NCBI GenBank assembly: GCA_000437355.1
Contig: FR899764.1
Coordinates: 24,884-88,883, forward strand
Length of the DNA: 64,000 bases
Direction of reading: 5' to 3'
Source: Firmicutes bacterium CAG:460
GTDB taxonomy: Bacteria; Bacillota_I; Bacilli_A; RF39; UBA660
Positions 1 to 8,351 of this stretch are shown piece by piece. A program made the translations under genes and the position numbers. Position 1 is the stretch's first letter. Every line of letters begins with the position of its first letter. Under the pieces are notes generated by a model. It worked only from the letters and a program-made list of their open reading frames with translations, was not told the DNA's origin and did no database searches.

Positions 1-140
1 AGTAATAAAATATCTCCATTTTTTAAAGTATTCTTCATACTATCACCATCAACTCTAACTGGAGTTATTATAAACGTTCTAATTAATACCACTACTAATA
101 CAATTACAATATATGGTATTATCTCTTTTATTATCTTCAT
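1..140 (-). CDS. lepB: Type I signal peptidase, N-terminal part (gene runs off the window start)
   Basis: Not in the ORF track because it meets the window edge. Reverse-strand ATG at 138-140 follows GGAGAAAT. Translation is MKIIKEIIPYIVIVLVVVLIRTFIITPVRVDGDSMKNTLKNGDILL: a TM anchor plus the GDSM-x-TL catalytic-Ser box of P-type signal peptidases. Confidence 0.7.
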   Translation of the reverse strand, partial: MKIIKEIIPYIVIVLVVVLIRTFIITPVRVDGDSMKNTLKNGDILL

Positions 141-161
141 ATTTCTCCTTTAAACGAAAGA

Positions 162-186
162 AAGGAAAGAATTAACTTCTTTCCTT
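162..186 (-). terminator. Hairpin at the rplS 3' end (intrinsic terminator candidate)
   Basis: Perfect 10-bp arms aaggaaagaa (162-171) and ttctttcctt (177-186). A T-rich tract follows on the minus strand. Confidence 0.45.
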
Positions 187-513
187 AACTTTATATTCTT
201 TACGCATTCCTTTGATAAAGTTAAGTTTTGCACGACGAACTTTACCTTTTTTGATTACAACAATTTTGTCAATTGTTGGGGCATTTACTGGGAATATTCT
301 TTCTACACCAACAGTACCACTTTTTTTACGAACTGTAAATGTTTCAGAAACTCCTCCACCTCTTTTAGCGATTACTAATCCTTCAAAAGATTGGATTCTT
401 TCCTTTTTTCCTTCTTTTACCCAAACATCAACTCTAACTGTGTCCCCAACTCTAAATTCTGGAACATCTTTACGAATATGTTTTTCAGCAATTTTGTCAA
501 CTAAATTTGCCAT
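172..513 (-). CDS. rplS: 50S ribosomal protein L19
   Basis: 113 aa. Full-length match to the L19 pattern (FRVGDTVRV...ERIQSFEGLVIA...GVERIFP). Confidence 0.97.
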   Translation of the reverse strand: MANLVDKIAEKHIRKDVPEFRVGDTVRVDVWVKEGKKERIQSFEGLVIAKRGGGVSETFTVRKKSGTVGVERIFPVNAPTIDKIVVIKKGKVRRAKLNFIKGMRKEYKVKERS

Positions 514-621
514 TTTTTACCTCCTTATTTTATTACCTATAATCATATAAAATATTTATAGCGGATTATATACCTTTTTTGGGTCAACAATATATTATCA
601 TAAATTTCTAAACTATGCAAG

Positions 622-1674
622 CTAAAATAAACGAATTAGGTCTTGAATTGTTATATAAAACATTAAAAGTAGTAATAATATAAATCCAATTGTATGACAT
701 ATATTTTCAAATTTAGCATTAACTGGTTTTCTTCTTATAGTTTCAACTATTAGGAAGAATACTCTACCTCCATCAAATGCTGGGAATGGTAAGATATTAA
801 TAAATCCAACATTAATTGATAAGAATGAGACTAGATAAATCATATAATTTAAACCTAAAGCTACTCCATCATCTACAACTTTATACATTCCAACTGGTCC
901 AGATAAAGCACTCGTAGAAATCTTGCCTGTTAAAAGGCCTCCAACTGTTAACCACATTGATTTAACAATACTACCAAATTTTTGAAAGGCGTATTCAATT
1001 GATGCAAAGAACCCTGTTGCTTTATAACTTTCTACTTCAATACCAAAGACTTGTTTTTCGTTGCCATCAGCATCTTTTTCAACTTTTGGAACTACTTTAT
1101 AAGTATCCTTGCTTCCATCTTCATGTTTTACTTCAAATGTATAATAATCATTTTTATTTTTCATAACTAGTATTATTTGAGCAACATCCCAGGTTGATAC
1201 TTTATGGTCATTAATAGCAATAATTGTATCTCCAACTTTAATTCCAGCTTCAGCCATTGGATAATTTTCTACTGCATTTTTAACCACTGGTTTTAGAGTT
1301 GTTCCACCCCAGATTAAGCTACTTATAAATAAAAGTACTATTGCTAAAATAAAATTATTTACGACCCCAGCAACTAAAATTATTAATCTTTGCCACCAAG
1401 GTTTATTGCACATATAATCTTCTTTTTTGATTTTTTCATCGGCATCTTCATAAACTTCACCAGCCATGGAAACAAAACCACCGATTGGAAAAGCTCTGAT
1501 ATTATAATCTATTTTATCTTTTCCTTTATGAGTATGAATAATTGGTCCCATTCCAATTGAAAATTCATAAATATGAACTTTAAACTTTTTAGCCCAGATG
1601 AAATGTCCAAATTCATGAACTAAAATAATTATTCCTAAAATAAATATTAATATAAGTATTGATACAATCCACAT
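622..1674 (-). CDS. rseP: RIP (site-2) zinc metalloprotease RseP/YluC family
   Basis: HEFGHF zinc motif in the first TM segment, a central PDZ-like region, and a C-terminal LPFPAFDGG motif. Confidence 0.9.
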   Translation of the reverse strand: MWIVSILILIFILGIIILVHEFGHFIWAKKFKVHIYEFSIGMGPIIHTHKGKDKIDYNIRAFPIGGFVSMAGEVYEDADEKIKKEDYMCNKPWWQRLIILVAGVVNNFILAIVLLFISSLIWGGTTLKPVVKNAVENYPMAEAGIKVGDTIIAINDHKVSTWDVAQIILVMKNKNDYYTFEVKHEDGSKDTYKVVPKVEKDADGNEKQVFGIEVESYKATGFFASIEYAFQKFGSIVKSMWLTVGGLLTGKISTSALSGPVGMYKVVDDGVALGLNYMIYLVSFLSINVGFINILPFPAFDGGRVFFLIVETIRRKPVNAKFENICHTIGFILLLLLMFYITIQDLIRLF

Positions 1675-1687
1675 AATTTAAGCCTCC

Positions 1688-2473
1688 TTAAAACATAAGT
1701 AAAAATATGTATGTAATAAAAACAAATATACTACTATCAAGTCTATCTAAAATACCACCGTGTCCTGGCATTATATTTGAATAATCTTTAATACCATTTT
1801 CTCTTTTAATTCTACTCATTATCAAATCTCCGATTTGACCTACAATTGATAAAACAATCGTAATAATAACAACCTTTAATGTAATACTACCAATTAAAAA
1901 TCTATAAAGAATAATACCTGATACAGAACCTAAAACTAATCCACCGATGGAACCTTCCCAAGTTTTATTTGGACTAATACTTACACACATTTTAGTTTTG
2001 CCAAATTTTGAACCTATAAGGTAAGCAAAAATATCATTAACCATTGGTATTATTAGTAAGAATAAGAATGTATTTAGACTTCTTAATCTAATTGTTAAAA
2101 AGGCATTAAATACTAATCCTAAAAATAAAATTGCACCTAGTAAAAAGAAAGCATCTTTACTACTATATTCCTCTTCTTTATAAAATACTGTTGGTACAAT
2201 CATAAATAAACTAATCATAGCTATTATTTGATAAGTAAATCCTTTATAAATTGAAGTTCCATCATTACATAGTATTAAAGTTAACAACGATATTAAACCT
2301 AAAAATACCATCATATTAGGAATTTTTCCATGAGATGCAGGTAAATCAATTATTTCTTTATACCCTAAAGCTGCAATTACACAAATTCCTAGAGTATAAT
2401 ATATTCCCCCTAAAGCTATTAAAGGGACTACTATTATTAATGCTACTATAGCACTTATTATTCTTGTTTTCAT
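1688..2473 (-). CDS. cdsA: Phosphatidate cytidylyltransferase
   Basis: Polytopic membrane protein with the C-terminal CdsA signature (SRIKRENGIKDYSNIMPGHGGILDRLDS). The cdsA-rseP order is conserved. Confidence 0.9.
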   Translation of the reverse strand: MKTRIISAIVALIIVVPLIALGGIYYTLGICVIAALGYKEIIDLPASHGKIPNMMVFLGLISLLTLILCNDGTSIYKGFTYQIIAMISLFMIVPTVFYKEEEYSSKDAFFLLGAILFLGLVFNAFLTIRLRSLNTFLFLLIIPMVNDIFAYLIGSKFGKTKMCVSISPNKTWEGSIGGLVLGSVSGIILYRFLIGSITLKVVIITIVLSIVGQIGDLIMSRIKRENGIKDYSNIMPGHGGILDRLDSSIFVFITYIFLLMF

Positions 2474-2560
2474 ATATCCTCCGTTATTTAAATTATTTTT
2501 CTATATTAAATTATACCTAAAAATATTGTTAATGTAAACCATTTTAGCATATTATTTAAC

Positions 2561-2938
2561 ATGAATGATGTCGAAAAAAAACTAAAAAGATTAAAAAATG
2601 AAGATATAATTTGGATTATATATTTTTTTATTGTAGTTTTTGCACTTTATTCTAATAAATTAGACAGAGATTATTTATTAAAAAAAGATAAAGAAGCATA
2701 TAAAAGAGAAAAAAGTATTAATATTACAATTTTCTTTGTAGCTTTCTTTATCTATTTGTATTTTTTACTTCTTTTAACTGAAGATATTGGTAGTATGGAA
2801 AAGAATTTTAATGATGAAAATTATAGGTCAACATTCATTCAACTTATTGCAGCGATTTTATTTTTAATCGGTGGTGCCATCTATTTAATTAATGAAATTG
2901 TAAGAAAAGATGATGCCTTAGATGTTGGTTTAATATAA
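2561..2938 (+). CDS. Hypothetical membrane protein
   Basis: 125-aa ORF with three predicted hydrophobic helices. No recognisable family. Confidence 0.5.
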   Translation: MNDVEKKLKRLKNEDIIWIIYFFIVVFALYSNKLDRDYLLKKDKEAYKREKSINITIFFVAFFIYLYFLLLLTEDIGSMEKNFNDENYRSTFIQLIAAILFLIGGAIYLINEIVRKDDALDVGLI

Positions 2939-4120
2939 TTATCTGGTAAAATAACGATAAGTCTTATGTAATTCTAAATTTGTTTTAGTAATACTTGCAA
3001 GACTTGTTACGGTTACCACTTGATAACCATCAGCATAAAGATATGGTAATAAATACTCTATAGCATCAACACTAGACTCATGAATATCATGAAATAAAAT
3101 TATACTTCCATCATTAGATTTTTCTAAAACATATTCTTTTAAATATTCTTTATTTTTATGTCTCCAATCTTCGGTATCAACATTCCATAATATAAATGTT
3201 GCATCAAGACTTTCTTTGATATTTTCATTAATACTTCCATATGGTGGTCTTATTAAATGAAAAGTATCACCAGTAATACTTTGTAAAACTTCATTACTTT
3301 TAGTAAATTCTTCTTTTATATCTTCTAATTTTTCTCTTTTAAAACTTTTATGATTATATGAGTGATACCCAATTTCCATTTTGTTATCATATACTTTTTT
3401 TACTTCATCTTTATATATAGATAATTTCTTACCTAACATAAAAAATGTAGCACGAGCTTTATTATCATTTAAAATATCCACTAACCTACTTGTGTAAGGT
3501 CCCGGTCCATCATCAAATGTTAATGCCACTATTTTTTTGTTTAAATCTATTTTATTACCATCTTCTTTTTCATATGTTTTATCTAACTTAACTGTTATAT
3601 CCATACATTCTTTTATTTCATTAAAATTAACATGTAAAGATAATTCTTCATTTATAAATGGTTCTATCAGATAATCATAATAATAAATTATTAACTCATT
3701 TTCTTTTACATAATAAGCATTAGTTTTATCATTTTTACTTAAGACATCTGCTATAAATTTGGGATATTTTAAATAAAGCAATTCTGTTACTTTATCCCAG
3801 AAGTCTACTACTTTTTCTGGTTTTATAATATTTTCAATACTTACTTCTTCTCCAGTTTTAAAATTAAATAACTTTGATATATATCTATCATCTTCTAAGC
3901 TAACTACATTTACATATTTATAATCTATTTCTCTTTCTTCTACTAAGTTACGTATACTTTTTACATAATCATTTATTATGTTATTTTTTTCATTTAAATT
4001 TGTAACAGGCACAGCATAAGAAAAGACTTTAAATGAAGAAAAGGCCATAGGTATTACTATGACGATTAAACTTAAGAATATTACACTTTTCTTTAATTTT
4101 AATTTTTTTCTTTTCTTCAT
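2939..4120 (-). CDS. Polysaccharide deacetylase (NodB/CE4 domain), membrane-anchored
   Basis: N-terminal TM segment. The C-terminal half has NodB motifs TFDDGP, HSYNH and RPPYG. Confidence 0.85.
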   Translation of the reverse strand: MKKRKKLKLKKSVIFLSLIVIVIPMAFSSFKVFSYAVPVTNLNEKNNIINDYVKSIRNLVEEREIDYKYVNVVSLEDDRYISKLFNFKTGEEVSIENIIKPEKVVDFWDKVTELLYLKYPKFIADVLSKNDKTNAYYVKENELIIYYYDYLIEPFINEELSLHVNFNEIKECMDITVKLDKTYEKEDGNKIDLNKKIVALTFDDGPGPYTSRLVDILNDNKARATFFMLGKKLSIYKDEVKKVYDNKMEIGYHSYNHKSFKREKLEDIKEEFTKSNEVLQSITGDTFHLIRPPYGSINENIKESLDATFILWNVDTEDWRHKNKEYLKEYVLEKSNDGSIILFHDIHESSVDAIEYLLPYLYADGYQVVTVTSLASITKTNLELHKTYRYFTR

Positions 4121-4134
4121 TATGTTGCTCCTTA

Positions 4135-5502
4135 TTAGATATTTTTTATATTTTTCTTTTTAAATACAATAAATGATGCTACAATCATAATAAAAAAATA
4201 TACTAAACATACAATAATTGCATGTTTTATACTTGGTCCGTATGGATTTGTTCCCCCAAATAAATAATAATTAAATTCCCAGTTAGTTGTTACAAAATAA
4301 TTTAAGAATTTAAATTTATCCATAGTTGCAAACATATTGACTATTTGTGAACCAATCACTCCAGCGAAAGTAATCACTATTGCAAGGGCTGTGTTACCAA
4401 TAATTGTTGATACTGCAAAAGCTAGAGTTACAAGTAGTATTATTTGTGGAAGTGTTGCTGCAGTATATAATAATACATATTTAAATAAGCTCATTACTTC
4501 CAATGATTTTGTTGCTAAATTATATTCTACAACATGATGGCTTAGAGAACCAAAACCTAGGAATAAACCACCAATAAATATTTGCATTAAGTACGCAATA
4601 ACTATAAAACAAAGAGTTGAAATAATTACAGTTATAAATTTAGCAAGTAAAATACTACTTCTTTTATAGGGAGTTATTAGCAATGATTTAATTGTTCCTT
4701 TGTTATATTCTTCACTTACTATAGCTCCAGCAATCATAACACCAAACACAAGGATTAGGAAGATATATTCACTATAAAAGTTAGTCATTAAATATCTTAA
4801 ATCACTTGTATTATTAATATCCTCTTTATTTTCTAAAATATACCTACTTTTATAATACCCTTTTACAGCTTCTTCTAAGTCTGATTTAGTTGTTTTATTA
4901 GTAGTAGTTTCATAAGTTTTAACAGAACTTGCTGAATTTCTAACACTATTAATAGCATCATTTATATAATCATTTCCATAACTCACATTTTCTTTTAATC
5001 GATATTCATACATTTCTATTGCTACTTTAGTTACAAAAATATTATTTTCTAATTCTTTTTTGTCTTTATCACTTGCATATTTTAAACTTTCTTCCAAACT
5101 TTGTAAGTTTTCTTTTTCTTCAGCTAAATCTTTATTTACAAAGTATTTCCAATCATCTTTAGAAATTGCTTCTTTAGCTTCATTATAAACTTTAGTAATA
5201 TTTTCATCTTGGTCATTATAATAATAATTTGATATTATATTATACATATCATCCATTACATAATATTGCCATGTTTTATCATCATACTTTGTGTATAATG
5301 CATTCATTTCTTCACTTATTTTGGCATCAATACCACTTGAATTAGTTCCATCAAAATAATTTTCAGTATAACTATAATAAATATTATTTTTACTCATTAT
5401 AAATGATACTAAAACCATAAATAAAGCTGTTATAATTATAACAATATAGGTACTTTTCTTATGTAATATTTTAAATAATTCATTTTTAATTAATTTAAAC
5501 AT
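4135..5502 (-). CDS. ABC-2 type exporter permease with a large extracytoplasmic loop
   Basis: N-terminal TM segment, a ~200-aa hydrophilic loop, then a 5-TM ABC-2-like C-terminus. Overlaps the upstream ATPase gene. Confidence 0.7.
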   Translation of the reverse strand: MFKLIKNELFKILHKKSTYIVIIITALFMVLVSFIMSKNNIYYSYTENYFDGTNSSGIDAKISEEMNALYTKYDDKTWQYYVMDDMYNIISNYYYNDQDENITKVYNEAKEAISKDDWKYFVNKDLAEEKENLQSLEESLKYASDKDKKELENNIFVTKVAIEMYEYRLKENVSYGNDYINDAINSVRNSASSVKTYETTTNKTTKSDLEEAVKGYYKSRYILENKEDINNTSDLRYLMTNFYSEYIFLILVFGVMIAGAIVSEEYNKGTIKSLLITPYKRSSILLAKFITVIISTLCFIVIAYLMQIFIGGLFLGFGSLSHHVVEYNLATKSLEVMSLFKYVLLYTAATLPQIILLVTLAFAVSTIIGNTALAIVITFAGVIGSQIVNMFATMDKFKFLNYFVTTNWEFNYYLFGGTNPYGPSIKHAIIVCLVYFFIMIVASFIVFKKKNIKNI

Positions 5503-6385
5503 TTTTCTTACCTCCAGTCTTCTTTAAGAAAGCTTCTTCTAGAGTTAATTCTTGCATTTTTACTTCATAAACATCAATATTTTCTTTAACTAACTTTTTA
5601 ACTATTTTAGCAATACTTTCTTTATCTCCATTAAAACTAAACTTAGTTTTACTTACTTCATATATACCTTCAATATCTAGTTTTTCAGTAGAACTTACCG
5701 TAAAGACGTATTTATTATCATTATTTTTAAATTCTTTTACTTCACTTGTTTCAATAATTGTACCATTATCTATTATGAGAACTTTATTACAGAAGCTTTC
5801 TAGTTCTGCTAAGTTATGACTGGATATTAAAATACCCATTCCTTCTTTAGCTAGTTTTTTTAAAAGATTTCTTAAATCTTTAATTCCTTCAGGGTCTAAA
5901 CCATTAGTTGGTTCATCTAATATTAAGATGTTTGGTTTATTAATTAGAGCTCTGGCAATTCCTAGTCTTTGACGCATTCCTAAAGAATATTTGCTAACTT
6001 TATCATGAATTCTAGTTTCTAAATCAACAAGTTTAACAATATCTTTAATAGCTTCATCACTAATATTTTTGTACATATTTGCAGTTAGTTTTAAGTTATC
6101 CCAACCACTTAAGTACATGTAAGTATCAGGATTTTCAACAATTGCTCCGACTTTTTCAATGGCTTTAACAAAGTCCTTTTTAATATCATAACCATTGATA
6201 TTAACACTTCCTTTATCAATTCCTTGTAATCCTAATATTAGTTTTATGGTAGTTGTTTTACCACTTCCATTCGGACCAATAAAAGCTAATATATCACCTT
6301 CATCAAGTTCAAATGAAACATTTTTTAATATTTGTTTTTTTCCAAAACTTTTGCATAAGTCTTGACATTCCAATAATTTTTTCAT
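5495..6385 (-). CDS. ABC transporter ATP-binding protein
   Basis: Walker A GPNGSGKTT, signature YSLGMRQR, Walker B ILILDEP. The start is moved to the ATG at 6385, which has an AAAGGAAAG SD. The track ORF extends to 6406. Confidence 0.9.
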   Translation of the reverse strand: MKKLLECQDLCKSFGKKQILKNVSFELDEGDILAFIGPNGSGKTTTIKLILGLQGIDKGSVNINGYDIKKDFVKAIEKVGAIVENPDTYMYLSGWDNLKLTANMYKNISDEAIKDIVKLVDLETRIHDKVSKYSLGMRQRLGIARALINKPNILILDEPTNGLDPEGIKDLRNLLKKLAKEGMGILISSHNLAELESFCNKVLIIDNGTIIETSEVKEFKNNDNKYVFTVSSTEKLDIEGIYEVSKTKFSFNGDKESIAKIVKKLVKENIDVYEVKMQELTLEEAFLKKTGGKKNV

Positions 6386-6418
6386 GTTAATCTTTCCTTT
6401 CATCAATTATTCTACCAT

Positions 6419-6467
6419 AAAAAAAAAGATATGTATATATACTTTACGTATACTTTACATATCTTTT
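6419..6467 (-). terminator. Intrinsic terminator after the xerC-like gene
   Basis: 12-bp arms aaaagatatgta (6424-6435) and tacatatctttt (6456-6467). A run of at least 9 T follows on the minus strand. Confidence 0.6.
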
Positions 6468-7329
6468 ATCTTTTAAAACTTTTTAAATAAACATCTTTTA
6501 ATCTATCACTTGAAACATGAGTGTAAATTCCAGTTGTACTTAGATTGGCATGCCCTAAAAGTTCTTTCACAGTTTTAATATCTGCTCCATTATTAAGTAA
6601 ATGTGTAGCAAAAGTATGTCTTAAAGTGTGCGGTGTAACATGAGTTTTAATTGATATATGTTTCATAATATCTTTTACAATTAATTCAACTTCACTGATT
6701 GTTAATTTATCACCATTTTTATTTTCAAATAAATATTTATTACACTTTCTTTTACTTAAGTAACTCTTCATATAATTACTTGCATAATCTCCATAATATA
6801 CAATACGTTCCTTACTTCCTTTACCCATTATTCTTATCGTATTATTGGTAAAATCTATATCTTTTATTTTAATATTTATTATTTCACTAACACGACAACC
6901 AGTTGAATAAAACATTTCTATTAGTAATCTTCTTTCTAATCCTTCAATAGTTGATGTATCAATTGAATTAAGTAATTCTTCCATTTCATTATAATTTAAA
7001 TAGTTAGGTAATTTCTTTTCTAACTTAGGATTTTTAACATTTTTAAATATATTACTACTTACTTTGCCTTCATCAAGTAAATAATTATAAAATGTTCTTA
7101 ATGTACTTATTCTTCTAGAAATAGTACTATTTTTTAACTTACAACTATCTAAATACTTTAAATAATCTCTTACATCTTCATTATTTATATTTAAATAATT
7201 CTTCTTACTTTTTTCTAAAAATCTAAAAAAATCAGTTAAATCTAACTGATAACTTTTTATAGTAAGTTCTGAATAATTAAGTTCATTTTTTAAGAAACCA
7301 AAGAATTTATCTACTTGTACCTCTTTCAT
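6466..7329 (-). CDS. xerC: Tyrosine recombinase XerC/XerD family
   Basis: N-terminal SAM-like core-binding domain plus catalytic residues (CRVSE..., HTLRHTFATHLL, LGHANLSTTGIYTH). Start chosen at ATG 7329 with a GGGGGA SD. Confidence 0.85.
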   Translation of the reverse strand: MKEVQVDKFFGFLKNELNYSELTIKSYQLDLTDFFRFLEKSKKNYLNINNEDVRDYLKYLDSCKLKNSTISRRISTLRTFYNYLLDEGKVSSNIFKNVKNPKLEKKLPNYLNYNEMEELLNSIDTSTIEGLERRLLIEMFYSTGCRVSEIINIKIKDIDFTNNTIRIMGKGSKERIVYYGDYASNYMKSYLSKRKCNKYLFENKNGDKLTISEVELIVKDIMKHISIKTHVTPHTLRHTFATHLLNNGADIKTVKELLGHANLSTTGIYTHVSSDRLKDVYLKSFKR

Positions 7330-7678
7330 TATTTCTATCCCCCACAACTTTTTTTAGTTCATCAAACTTTATTCTTAAATCTTCAAGTTCTCTTTCGGCT
7401 TGAATTTTATCTTGTCTTAACTCCATTACTTCTTGATGAAATGTATTTGGATTTTTCATCTTTTCATCGCAAAAGTTAATATCATGAACTAATTCAACTA
7501 TTCTTATATTCATTTTATTTAGTTCATCAGCAATTAACATAGTAATATCAGCATCACTTAGAGGGTTCATTAAAGCAACTTCTTCATCTGTTAAGCCATC
7601 TGTTTCCTCTTTGTGTAACATTCTATATTCTTCTACTAGTATCCCTTGATATTCTTTCTTTTTTGCTTCAAAATCCAT
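7307..7678 (-). CDS. Hypothetical acidic coiled-coil protein
   Basis: Track ORF trimmed to the internal ATG (MDFEAKKKEY...), which overlaps the upstream stop (TAATG). No recognisable family. Confidence 0.5.
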   Translation of the reverse strand: MDFEAKKKEYQGILVEEYRMLHKEETDGLTDEEVALMNPLSDADITMLIADELNKMNIRIVELVHDINFCDEKMKNPNTFHQEVMELRQDKIQAERELEDLRIKFDELKKVVGDRNNERGTSR

Positions 7679-8328
7679 TACTCCTCCGCCTTTTCTATAC
7701 GTATTAATCCATTTAATACTTTTTCTAAATTGCCATCTTGACTTTCTTTTAAATTTACATATGTTACTTTGGCATCCCATTTTTCTGTTATTTCATTAGT
7801 TGTAGATATTTCTCTACTTTTAGTAATGTAATATCTTCCTAGTCCTTCAGTTATATCAAAACCACTTATTTCATTGTTTTTACCATCTTTAATTGTGACA
7901 TATTTTAAACCTTCAATTTCTTTTACTTCATTTCCATCTGGGTCATATACATTTAGTAAAAGTTCTGGAGTTTTACTAGCAGTGGAGTATGTTAAACTAT
8001 TATCACTTATTTCTAAGTATAAATTATATTTTAACTTAGATACTTCTGTACCATTTTCTCTTTTTAAAAATACACTTGCATATGTTTCACCGGTTAAGTT
8101 ATCCATACCTTCAGTAAAGTTTTCAGTAGTTGGATTTATATATATCGGCGAACCAATATCAAACATAATGTAATTTAATGTTGCTGCTTCAACATCAACT
8201 TTTGGAGAAACTCTCGATACTTTTATATAGGTAAAATGAGCATAAGTTGCTCCGATTACCAGCACAGTTAGCGCTATAACGTAAATAATTAATATAATAT
8301 TTGTAGCTTTTTTGCTCACTTTTATCAC
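7678..8328 (-). CDS. Secreted/anchored protein, short paralog of the 8352-9944 product (TasA/camelysin-like signal region)
   Basis: N-terminal TM ends in IGATYAHFTY. Residues ~40-210 align with the N-terminal domain of the neighbouring protein (ENF..G..N.TG, YNLYL.IS.N..TY, PE.LL, ISG.DIT, REI.TT). The start may instead be the GTG at 8319 with an AAGGTGA SD. Confidence 0.6.
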   Translation of the reverse strand: MIKVSKKATNIILIIYVIALTVLVIGATYAHFTYIKVSRVSPKVDVEAATLNYIMFDIGSPIYINPTTENFTEGMDNLTGETYASVFLKRENGTEVSKLKYNLYLEISDNSLTYSTASKTPELLLNVYDPDGNEVKEIEGLKYVTIKDGKNNEISGFDITEGLGRYYITKSREISTTNEITEKWDAKVTYVNLKESQDGNLEKVLNGLIRIEKAEE

Positions 8329-8351
8329 CTTTCTTATTATTTATATAATTT